Shown here one piece after another: positions 50,791 through 62,000 of a stretch of 62,000 nucleotides of DNA. Where the stretch lies: NCBI GenBank assembly GCA_951406725.2, contig OX597815.1, positions 189,926,001 through 189,988,000 on the forward strand, in the 5' to 3' direction. The notes below the pieces were generated by a model, which searched no databases, was not told where the DNA came from, and worked only from the letters and a program-made list of their open reading frames with translations. Position 1 is the stretch's first letter. Each line of letters opens with the position of its first letter. The translations under genes were made by a program, and so were the position numbers. The DNA is from Octopus vulgaris. Lineage: Eukaryota.

Positions 50791-51104
50791 GTGTCTTCAT
50801 ATATTTTTTTTTTTATACATATAGTCACAGTAACAGAATAAATGAATTAGTTTACAAGTGAAGGGAAGAGAATCTATATGTTCTTTCAGCCCGCTAAAAA
50901 TAATAACCATTTCCTAAATTGTACCTTATAATGCTTGCTTCATCCATTACCCTTGTGACAAATAAAAGAAATCATTATATTTACTTTCAATGCAAGCTCC
51001 CAACACTTTTTGTAATTTCCCCTCATTCATCACATTTATGGTAATAATAAAAAATTATTATTATTATTATTATTATCATTATTGTTGTTATTATTATTAT
51101 TATT

Positions 51105-51419
51105 TCTTTTTTGCGCCCTTTTCAAGGCTAGCCAGGCTCATGGGCCCGGTTTCCCGGTTTCTATGGCGTATGTGTTCCCTCCAACTGGACGGGACGCCAA
51201 TCCATCGCAGCGTTACTCAAGAAACAGGAAGAGAGAGTGAGAGAAAGTTGGGGTGAAAGAGTACAACAGGGGTCACCACCACCCCCTGCCGGAGCCTCGT
51301 GGAGCTTTAGGTGTTTTCACTGAATAAACACACACAACGCCCGGTCTGGGAATCGATACTGTGATCCTCCGACCACAAGTCCGCTGCTCTAACCACTGAG
51401 CCACAACGCCTCCACATCA

Positions 51420-51469
<50 letters not shown>

Positions 51470-52135
51470 CTAAAGTGGTGAGCTGGCAGAATCATTAGCA
51501 CGCTGGGCAAAATGCTTAGTGGTGTTTCGTCTGTTGCTGTGTTCTGAGTTCAAATTCTGTCATGGTCGACTTTGCCTTTCATCCTTTTGGGGTTAATGAA
51601 TTTAGTAACAGTCGTGTACTGGGGTTGATCTAATTGACTGGCCCCCTCCCCCAAAATTTTGGGCCTTGTGCCTAGAGTAGAAAAGATTATTATTATTATT
51701 GCACATCTGAGCATGATCGTTGTTAGAGCCATGGATTGGCTCCCATGCCGGTGACTCATGAAAAGCACCATTCAAGTGAGATCGTTGCCAGTGCCACTGG
51801 ACTGGGTCCCGTGCAGGTAGCATGTAAAAACACCTTTTGAGCATGGTCGTTGCCAATGCCGCCAGACTGGCTCCTGTGCAGGTAGCATGTAATAACATCT
51901 TTTGAGCGTGGTCATTGCTAGAACTGCCTGACTGGCACGTAAAAGTACCCACTACACTCTCGGAGTGGTTGGCGCTAGAAAGGGCATCCCAGCTGTAGAA
52001 ACTTTGCCTGATCAGATTGAGCCTGGAGCAGCCCTCTGTTTCGCCAGTCCTCAGTCAAACCGTCCAACCCATGCTAGCATGGAAAGTGGACGTTAAATGA
52101 CGACGACGACGACAATGATGATGATGATGGTGATG
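51105..52135. mobile_element. SINE E (-, 51105-51415), B (+, 51475-51685), D with subrepeats (+, 51700-52135)
   Basis: Consensus matches. Confidence 0.85.
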
Positions 52136-52559
52136 ATAATGAGTATTATTGACTGAATTAAGGGCAGAATCATTAACATGCTAGGCAAAATGCTGAGCAG
52201 CATATTGTTCATTTTTATGTTCTGAGTTCAAATTCCTTGCACCAAGGTGAACTTTGCCCTTCATTCTTTCAGAAGTACCAGCTGAAGTCTGCAGTTGATA
52301 TTATTGACCATCTCTTCCCTCAAAACCGCTGATCTATTGCCAAAGTTTAAAATCACAATTATTGGCTGAATCGGTAATGTACCAGACAAAATGCTTCGTA
52401 GCATTCTGTGTTCAAACACTGCTGAGGGCGACTTTGCCTTTAAATGCTTACCACATTGATCTTGAGTGTGCTCAGGCACTGCAAGAGTCAACGATGTGAA
52501 ACATTATCGTTGGCTTTCTTGTAATCTATCCAGTCAAAAGCTAGGTTCTTTCTTATACA

Positions 52560-54391
52560 TGCCTCACTTGACATCATGCTATCACTATACAGCAGATCAG
52601 AAGTTCTTACAATTTCTTTCTGCATCTTTTTCCTCCTCTGCTAATTGCTTCTGCTTCTTCTTCAGAAAAAGCTATGCAATTCATTTCCTACGAGGCCTGT
52701 TAACAATTTTCAGAGTGTATTGGTAAGCATGTAAAAAGCCAATAATTACAGACTTTCCTTCTCTTTTTGTTGTCTTTCTCTATTTGTACCATCTCCCCTT
52801 TTGTTATCCATGTTGCCATTTCTGTTGCCATTTCTATACAGTCAGTAGGAAATGGTTGAATATAGCTGTGCATGCCTGAGAGATTTTTTTAGTCAGAATC
52901 CCAAAACACAATTTGGTCAGAGCTTTCCAGTTTGTTATTTTCTTTTGCATCTTTTCCAAATTTTCATCTTTAATATTGATATTCTCTCAAGATGGTGAGC
53001 TGGTGGAACTTTTAGCACATCAGGAAAAATACTTAGTAATATTTCACCCATCTTCGCATTCTGAGATCAAATTCTACCAAAGTCAACTTTACCTTTCATA
53101 CTTTCAGAGTCAATAAAAATAAGTACCAGTTAAACACTGGGGTCAATATATGTTTCTTTACTACCCACAAGGGGCTAAACACAGAGGGGACAAACAAGGA
53201 CAGACAAACGAATTAAGTCGATTACATGGACCCCAGTGCATAACTGGTACTTATTTAATCGACCCCGAAAGGACGAAAGGCAAAGTCGACCTCGGTGGAA
53301 TTTGAACTCGGAATGTAACGACAGACGAAATACGGCTACGCATTTTGCCCGGCGTGCTAACGGTTCTGCCAGGTCGCCAATCTATTTATCTGCTCCCCCG
53401 AAATCACAATTTTTGCTTTGTGACAAAATTTGAAATCCATTTTTATATTCTCTTGCTTTGGTCCATTTTCCATTCCATTTAAAAATTTCTGTAACCAATC
53501 AACTTCCCTATTATGTTGAACTTGTTTTGTTCCAAATGTCTGACCAAAAGTTCCTTGCTGCTTCAGTATTTGTCATATCAGTTCCTTGATATTCCTTCTC
53601 ATTGTTCAATTGCCAATAAAATTTCATTTCATTGTTTCTGAAGACTTTGATCTGCTGATATTGGTTTATTCCATGTCGGTTTCTTGTTGTCTTACCTAGT
53701 ATTGTATTAATTTTTCATCTTACTTCTTTGTTAGTTACCTGTAATAATCTGTTACCTGTAATAATCTGTTACCTGTAATAATCTGTTACCTGTAATAATC
53801 TGTTGCTAATTTATTTCCTTTGGAGCTCGTTTTTGTTTCATTCCTTTACCAACTTCTTTTCAATCATTGCATTTATCCTTCCCCCATTCAATTTGATCCT
53901 CAAGTCTCCATTTCCACCCATAGTTCTTTATTTTCTGCTTTTCCTTAACTTTTAACACCAAGAATTTTCACAGCAGCAGACACTTCATAGTACATAAAGT
54001 CATTTAGATCTGTCATACTTTCAAAATAGATTTTCATTAACAGCTCATCCAGCTTTCTTGCTACTTTGCATACATTTTCATTTAATTCCTCTCAAAGTTG
54101 GTGCTTTCTTTCTTTCACTCACCTGAATCTTATTTAGCTGTTGCAGTAAGCTCCTTTTCTTCTCAGTAAAATCCTTTCCTATCACAAAGAAAATTTAATT
54201 TTCATTTTCATTTCTCCCATGATTAATCGTTGGACTCTGCTATATTCTTTTGGTTTCTTCCTCTTCAACATAACCATGTTTTTCAAACTTTTTCTGTTTT
54301 GAAGATGTCACCCAGCTCCAACTGGGATAGCCACTGTCTTTTTACAGTTCAATGTTTTCTAGTCTAGAAGTCTCTGTTCTGTGAAAGAGAA

Positions 54392-54425
<34 letters not shown>

Positions 54426-54750
54426 GTTTAACGTCCGCTTTCCATGCCTGCATGGGTTGGATGATTTTGACTGAGGGCTGGTGAGCCAGATGGCCGCACC
54501 AGGCTCCAATCTTGATCTGGCAGAGTTTCTACAGCTGGATGCCCTTCCTAAAGCCAACCACTCCGAGAGTACCTTTCATTATCCATATTTTACACATCCT
54601 TTTTCTTTGGCAGACTCTCTTCTATAGCAACATTCCATCACAGTCTTATTGTCATTTTGCTATCATTTTCTCCTAATCTTCATAGCAGTAGATAAATTGA
54701 CCAGGCTCATCTTGTTGCCTAGTGGGACACTTACCATATGAGAGACCTTT
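52560..54750 (-). mobile_element. Older fossil R4/Dong-clade LINE N-terminal region, broken by SINE B (53155-53380) and SINE D (54390-54570)
   Basis: MTDLNDFMYYEVSAAVKILGVK (cf. ITETNNLIYAAA...LG), NNEMKFYWQLN and KRMCKIW-like remnants; includes a 17-bp x4 tandem duplication at 53734-53804. Confidence 0.5.
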
Positions 54751-55129
54751 AATGCAGTTGTGATAATACTTTTTGTATGGCATTACATTGTGGTTCAGTG
54801 GTTAGAGCATCGGGCTCGCAATCATGAGGTAGTGAGTTCGATTCCCAAACCAGGCTGTGTGTTGTGTTCTTGAGCAAGACACTTTATTTCATGTTGCTTC
54901 ACTTCACTCAGCTGTAGAAATGAGTTGCGGGGTCACCGGTGCCAAGCTGTATCGGCCCCTTTGCCTTTCCCTTGGATAACATCAGTGGCATGGAGAGGAG
55001 AGGCTGGTATGTAGGGGCGATTGCTGGTCTTCCATAAACAACCTTACCCAGAATTGTGCCTCAGAGGGTAACATTCCAAGTGCAGTCTCATGGTCATTCA
55101 TGACCGAAGGGGATTTTTACATTTATTGA

Positions 55130-55780
55130 GAAAACTGAAAACTGAGGCATTAAGGTGTCACAACTACAACTGTTGTGACAATTTATTGAGACACTTTCTG
55201 GTTCAGATGTTTTCAAGATGGCTGGAAAAAGGTCAATATTGACGAACGTTCTGGGAGACCCACAACCAGCAGAACTGAGAAAAATATCGCAGATTTGCGT
55301 GTAGCTGTGCGGGGAAATTGTTGAATCACCATCTGTGAGCTATCAGGGGATGTACAGATTAGTTACAGTTCAGTTCAGTCCATTATCACTGAAGATTTGG
55401 GTATGAGGTTTCTGTTTTTCAAGTTTGTGCTGAAGCTGCTTTCAACTGGCCAAAATGACACTTGGGTTTCCGCTGCACAAGATCTCTTTGATTGTATCGA
55501 GAACAATGTAAACTTTTTGAAAATTTTGCTTAGGTCTCTGAGCTGGTATCACCAAGCTTTTGGCAAAATTTGATGCAGATTTTCTGCTCAACTTTTTTTG
55601 TCATGGTCAATGCAATGATCACATGCTACACACCTTCCTTCCAAGCACTACTGTAGACAGCGGAAGAGAGGAAGAATGTTAAAACTTAATGTGCTTGCAC
55701 AGCAGAAATCAAGGTCAATCTTTGCCAAGCAGCTTTACTCTGTGTGCTTTAGATATTTATTGATCAGATCACGTATCTTC
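55130..55780. mobile_element. Rearranged mariner remnant (HTH region on +, 5' end/N-terminus on -)
   Basis: Plus strand: DERSGRPTTSRTEKNI...ITICELS...SVQSIITEDLGMR..KFVLKLL. Minus strand: MTKKVEQKICIKFCQKLGDTSSET and TIR-like TACGTGATCTGATCAATAAATATC. Confidence 0.75.
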
Positions 55781-55967
55781 TACGACACTGTCATGATTTC
55801 TCACCTCCTACCACAGTGATGGTAGAGAGGTAAATGAAACATGATGGAAGCGGTGAAGCAGAGCGAGAAAGATGAATGAAAGAAGGATGAATGGGGTTTC
55901 ATTCCGTAACCTGAGTTCCACTGATACTGATATAGTAGAGATGGTAGTGGGTTGGGTAGAGGGGTGA

Positions 55968-55974
<7 letters not shown>

Positions 55975-56006
<32 letters not shown>

Positions 56007-56190
56007 TAATAACATCAATAAATACCTTAGGAATGAGTACCCAGGTTTGAAATTTCCCCAAGACACCTGATGAAGGCTGGAGGGTATATCAGCTGAAACG
56101 CTGTGTTAACAACAAACAAGACGAGGACAAATGTCCGTCAAATGTAAATAATGTAAATAATGTAAATAATGTACATAATTCCTCATCCTT
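55975..56190 (+). mobile_element. SINE C 3' part with near-intact hammerhead (56062-56107)
   Basis: GACAC CTGATGA A GGCTG GAGGGTATAT CAGCT GAAAC GCT GTGTT, then (AATGTAAAT)n. Confidence 0.9.
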
Positions 56191-57080
56191 GTCGTCATCA
56201 TCTTCATCACATTATCGTCATTGTCATTATCATTGTCACCATCATCATCTTCACTATCATCATTTTCCCTATCATCACCATCATCATCATCATCTACTAC
56301 TTCATCATCATCATCACTATCCTCAACATCATCATCGTCATCATATTCATCATTGTCATCATTCATCATCATCATCATCATTTAACGTCTGCTTTCCATG
56401 CTAGTATGGGTTGGACGGTTCAACTGGGGTCTGGGGAGCCCGAAGGCTGCACCAGGCCAGTCAGATCTGGCAGTGTTTCTACAGCTGGATGCCCTTCCTA
56501 ACGCCAACCACTTCGAGAGTGTAGTGGGTGATTTTATGTGCCACCGACACAGGTACCAGACGAGGCTGGCGAACGGCCACACTCGGATGGTGTTTTTATG
56601 TGCCGCCGACACAGGTGCCAGACGAAGCTGGCGAACGGCCACGCTCGGATGGTGTTTTTATGTGCCACCAACACAGGTGCCAGACAAGGCTAGCAGACGA
56701 CCACGCTCGGATGGTGTTTTTATGTGCCACCGACACAGGTGCCAGACGAGGCTGGCGAACGGCCACGCTCGGATGGTGTTTTTATGTGCCACCGACACAG
56801 GTGCCAGACAAGGCTAGCAGGGTGCCAGACAAGGCTAGCAGATCATTATTGTCATCATTATGGTCACCATCACCATCCCCATTATCATCGTCATAGCCAT
56901 CATCATCATCATCATATTCATCATTGTCTTCATCATTATCGTCACCCTCACCACCACCTTCATCACCATCTTCATCATCATTGTTGTCGTTGTCATCATT
57001 ATTGTCATCATCTTCATCATCAACGTCATCTTCATAGTCATCATCATCATAATTGTCATCATCATCATCATCATCATTAA
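56190..57080 (-). mobile_element. SINE D (56370-56840) with five 62-bp internal repeats, flanked by (CAT)n tracts
   Basis: ATGTG anchors at 56536, 56598, 56660, 56722 and 56784. Confidence 0.9.
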
Positions 57081-58049
57081 AGATTATCTTAATACAGAAA
57101 TCACATTTGGATGTCTCCATCAGTTCCTCCTATTGGTATTTCCTTTATTCTGTTAAACCCAAATTCAAAACCCAAAAACTCTACTGGATATTCCCATCGT
57201 CATTAAACTCCCTTCTTTCACAGAAAACATTAGATTTTAAATAAACACATTAAAGCTGAACAAAATTTCAAAAAGAAAATTGATTTATTTTGAAATTTTT
57301 CTGAAAAGAATTTTATTTAATGACTTGTATTTCTGATGTATCGCTATAGCAACCATAAATCAGTCTTTATATAGCTTGTTTTAAATGCAATATGTACATT
57401 ATTTAAATCACACCAACTAATCAGATATTTATATTATAAATATCTGTTTTACTGAGCAGGTTTACATCAAAAATAGATAAAAGTCATTTTTATCATGAAC
57501 TTCACAAATGTATCATTTTAAATAATCAGTGAACAATATGATATATGCTTCTCACTCATACTCCCTCTCTCTCTCTCTCCTCTTTTAGAATTCTTCCTGA
57601 TGTGTCTTTAGAGATTTAACAATAACAAATATGGCATTCTATCTCTTGTAATAATAGTTTATTTGGAAATAATGAATAGTAGTGCAAAATTCAGCTATAA
57701 TAATTTATAGATGTGTAGAGAAGCATATATTTATATATATTGCGGCCTTTTATTAATCTTGGCACCAGGTGCCATAAAATATGAACTGAGAAGTTCAGTA
57801 TAAATTAAGCACAATTACTGCTTAATTTTGTACATGCAGTTGTTGATGTTTTTGTTGTTTAGCTCAGATCACCAGTGATTGAGAAGCGCTTTAACCAAAG
57901 ACATTCCAGCCATAGCCATCCCACTTTTTATTCAATCAGTGTATCTAAGATAACATTTTTTTAATGTGTCATTTATATTTTTAGAGACAGTCAGTTGTGA
58001 TTTGAAGGGGACATTTGGTAGATATTTCTAGCAGAATGAGTAACCACAT

Positions 58050-58064
58050 AGAGGCTTCTTCCTA

Positions 58065-58098
<34 letters not shown>

Positions 58099-58428
58099 GA
58101 TTATTACTATTATTATTATTACTATTATTATTATTATTATTATTATTGAGTGAGAGAGCAGTGCATGCCATCAAAGTGACACTGGGGTAAAATATACGAA
58201 GCCCAGTATACCCATCATGACTACCTGTCTGATAAGGGTACACCAGGCACATGCATCACAACCATCGTTGTGCGCGACATGGTGATCTCATATACTTCCC
58301 CCACTACTTCCGCTCGTGATCAGAGATGCACATATTGTCAGCTACTAAGGGATATGCTCAACTGGTTAAGCTCAAACAACTGACAAGCAAATCTGTGGTA
58401 TTGAGCAGAATATTTGCTGTAGCCCATC

Positions 58429-58474
<46 letters not shown>

Positions 58475-58725
58475 ATTATTATTATTAAAACATTGAGCTG
58501 GTAGAATCATTAGCAGACTGGACAAGATGCTTAGCGGCATTTCATCCATCTTCACACTCTGAGTTCAAAATCTGCTGTGGTTGACTTTGCGTTTCATCCT
58601 TTCAGGGTTGATAAATTAAGTACCAGTGACACACTGCGGTCGATGTAATTGACTAGTCCCCTCCCACCAAGATTTCAGGCCTTGTGCCTATAGCAGCAAA
58701 AATTTTTCTTCTTCTTCTTCTTCTT

Positions 58726-58799
<74 letters not shown>

Positions 58800-58939
58800 C
58801 ATCATTATTATTATTATTGTTGTTGTTGTTGTTATTATTATCATTATCATTATTATCATCATCATCATCATCATCATCATCATCGTTGTTGTTGTTGTTG
58901 TTGTTGCTGTTGCTGTTGTTGTTGTTATCATCATCAATA

Positions 58940-58997
<58 letters not shown>

Positions 58998-59410
58998 AGT
59001 GGTGAGCTGGCAGAAACGTTAGCATGTCGGGCGAAATGCCTAGCAGTATTTCGTCTGCCACTACCTTCTGAGTTCAAATTCCGCCAAGGTCGACTTTGCC
59101 TTTCATCTTTTCGGGGTTGATAAATTAAGTACCAGTTACGCACTGGGGTCGATGTAATTGACTTAATCCGTTTGTCTGTCCTTGTTTGTTCTCTCTGTGT
59201 TTAGCCCCTTGTGGGTAGTAAAGAAATAGGTATTTCATCTGCCTTCCCATTCTGAGTTCAAATTCCACCGAGGTCAACTTTACCTTTCATCCTTTCGGGG
59301 GGCCAATAAATAAAGTACCAGTGACACACTGGGAGGGGGGGGGGGGTCAATATAATCGACTACTCCTCTCCCCCAAAATTTCAGGCCCTTGTCCCTTAGT
59401 AGAAAAGATT
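58050..59410. repeat. (TAT)n/(CTT)n/(GTT)n tracts with an unclassified repeat (58140-58430), SINE B (58490-58700) and SINE B partial dimer (58998-59410)
   Basis: Direct inspection and consensus matches. Confidence 0.85.
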
Positions 59411-60084
59411 ATTATTGTTGTTGTTATTGCTATTGTAGTTGCTGTTTTTAATGTCAATTAATATGGCGAGCTCTGAATAAGCTGACTTAGGAACTGAAAG
59501 AAATTAATCACCTTATCACTATTATTTAGTGTTCAACTATATACTCGTTAGATGAGGTTACATTTGTCATTACACAGCCAAGGTAAAATTTGACAGGTGC
59601 AAATAAACACTCCTGCAGTTTAATGCATATAAGATTATTACCAAAGATTTATTTTAATTCTGTTTGTCACAAATTAGACAGCAAATCGTGGGAATCCATT
59701 GTAATAACTAAGAAGCCCCTCAGCTGAAATCATCGTTATTCTGATGATTTGGATCATGTTATATATGTGTATTCTTCACATGTGATGAAAGGTTCTGGTG
59801 AATGTTGAGAAGGTGAAACATAATCAAGGCTTGCTAGTCTCGCTTCCTTGAAATATATGTAGTTATGCATGGATGGATGGATGGTTGAAGGCTGGGAGAT
59901 ATGGAGGATGCATGTATGTATGTATGTATGTATGTATGTATGTACATATAAATCTATGTGAGAAGGCACATGGCTTAGTGGTTAGGGTATTCAAACTCAT
60001 GATCTTGAGGTCATGAGTTCAACTACCAGCAGTGTGTTGTGTTTTTGAGTAAGACACTTTATTTCATAATACAGTTCTATATAT

Positions 60085-61453
60085 TCAGAGATAAGGAATT
60101 ATGTACATTATTTATATTTGACAGATAATTGTCCTCATCTTGTTAACACAACGTTTCGGCTGAGGACATTACTCAGATCACTGACAGTGGCTCATGGGTG
60201 GATGTTGTCTACCTTGACTTTGCTAAGGCTTTCAACTCTGTGCCACACAAAAGGCTTATGGTGAAACTCTCTGCAATGGGTGTGGGGGATGACCTTTTTA
60301 ACTGGTTGAAATCCTTCATCCTCAGCCGAAAGGAGGTAGTCACAGTTCTAGGACAGCACTCTACACCATATGAGATGTCATCGGGTGTACCACAGGGATC
60401 TGTCCTTGGTCCCCTCCTGTTTGTGGCATACATTAATGACATCGATGCCAATTTAAAGAATGCCACAGTATTGAAATATGCAGACGACATCAAGCTGTAC
60501 CTTGAAATCAAGAGGACTGATCCTGATGTCTACAACTCTTTCCTGCAATCAGACCTAGACACAATGCAGCAATGGATCACAGACTGGCAACTGAAACTGG
60601 CTGTGGACAAGTGTACCACCATGCATTTTGGGAGAAAAAACCCTGCGTCCACATACTCCCTCCACAACACTGATATCAAGAAATCCTCTTGCGAGCGTGA
60701 CCTAGGCATCACTGTCAGCAGTGATTTGCGTTGGACAAAGCATATCTCTAAAATTGTCAAGAAGGCCGAGGGTGTCTTGGCATCACTCAGCAAGACTTTT
60801 GTTAGCTGCTCTCCAGCCATCTATTTAAAACTGTATACAACTATGGTACGACCACACTTGGAATTCGCATCATCAGTTTGGAATCCCTATCTTGCTCAGA
60901 ACATTGACCTCCTGGAATCTGTCCAGAGACGTGCAACCAAACGCATACCCTCCATCAGACACCTACCATATTCTGAGCGCCTTGTTTCCCTGGGCATGGA
61001 TTCACTGAAGCTCCGGCGTCTGGCAACGGACTTGGTAAACGCCCACAAGGTTATCAACCACCTCACCAACAACAACACTGAACACCTTTTTGATCTCCAT
61101 GTGTCTAACACACGTGGACATGCCTACAAAGTCAGAAAACAACACAGCTCCCATGACTTTCGGAAACATTTTTCACGCTCAGGGTTGCTGAAGCGTGGAA
61201 TAAACTGCCTGCGTCAGTTGTTGACTGCCATGACACTGCATCCTTTAAGGCCCTCATGCTTTCCGAAATCCGCCGAAACTACACCTGATTATATATACAC
61301 TTTAGATGAGTTGTAGTGCACCTGAGCACTGTACACAATTATTATGATTATTATTATTATTATTATATACCCTCCAGCCTTCATCAGGTGTCTTGGGGAA
61401 ATTTCAAACCTGGGTTCCCATTCCTAAAGTATTTTTCAATGTTATTATTACCA

Positions 61454-61515
<62 letters not shown>

Positions 61516-61595
61516 ATCACTGCTTGGAATCGAGCTCAGAATCTTGGGGTTATTAGCCCACGTTCTTAACCACTTTGCCATATGCCTGTGGGCAT
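60085..61595 (-). mobile_element. Full-length SINE C (61595-61366 joined to 60163-60085), split by the CR1 LINE
   Basis: Removing 60164-61365 restores CGGCTGA|TATACCCTCCAGCC exactly as in the uninterrupted copy at 33354-33374; tRNA head at 61510-61590. Confidence 0.9.
60164..61365 (+). mobile_element. Young 5'-truncated CR1/L2-type LINE: RT ORF open for ~1 kb, one frameshift near 61170, (TTA)n tail
   Basis: DVVYLDFAKAF, SGVPQGSVLGPLLF, YADD, RPHLEFASSVWNP, LESVQRRATK; adding one T at CATTTTT restores FFTLRVAEAWNKLP...RNYT*. Confidence 0.95.
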
Positions 61596-61709
61596 AATAA
61601 TGGAAATAATGTACTTCATTTCATGTTGCTCCAGTCCACTCAGCTGTCAAAAAATGAGTTGTACCTGTAATTGAAAGAACCAGCTTTGTCACATTCTGTA
61701 TCAATGTGA

Positions 61710-62000
61710 ATCCGGGTTCAGTCCCACTACATGGCATCTTGGGCAAGTGTCTTCTACTATAGCCTCAGGCCGACCAAAGCCTTGTGAGTGGATTTGGTAG
61801 ACAGAAACTGAAAGAAGCCGTCATAGTCAGGACGCCATGATCGATCGTTAGATCCTACACGCATTTTTTCTCTCCTTTTTTCTCTCCTTTTTTTCTCTCC
61901 TTGTTTCTCTCCTTGTTTCTTTCTGTGTATCTTTCTGTCGAAGAGGGTAGGCTCAAAATGTAAAAGACTTTTTCTATTTCTATTCCTGAGCGCTATACTA
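61710..62000 (+). mobile_element. SINE A 5' part (61710-61820) followed by a pLTR-like repeat with decayed hammerhead (61930-61966)
   Basis: TCTTT CTGTCGA A GAGG GTAG GCTC AAAAT GT A AAAGA; ends TTCCTGAGC like the 49355-49560 repeat. Confidence 0.65.

Overview
Repeat-dense, AT-rich eukaryotic non-coding DNA. The SINE families and microsatellite load look like an Octopus (coleoid cephalopod) genome; this is inference from recalled repeat sequences, not a database hit. I can support no host gene with confidence, and nearly all ORFs in the track are microsatellite or repeat artefacts. The window holds dozens of copies of about five SINE families (local labels A-E), fragments of RTE, CR1/L2 and R4/Dong-type LINEs, a Mag-type Gypsy LTR element, one full-length dead mariner plus remnants, and hAT-, mariner- and piggyBac-like MITEs. 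It also has several long fold-back hairpins and an 11-unit 230-bp tandem array built from a SINE. The best lead is a tRNA-headed SINE (family C, 4 copies) whose body folds as a minimal type I hammerhead ribozyme of the Penelope-element kind. The only copy with an intact core has a young CR1 LINE inserted exactly in its stem II loop, and two unrelated repeats carry decayed hammerheads of the same design. All alignments were done by eye and repeat boundaries are approximate unless TSD/TIR coordinates are given.
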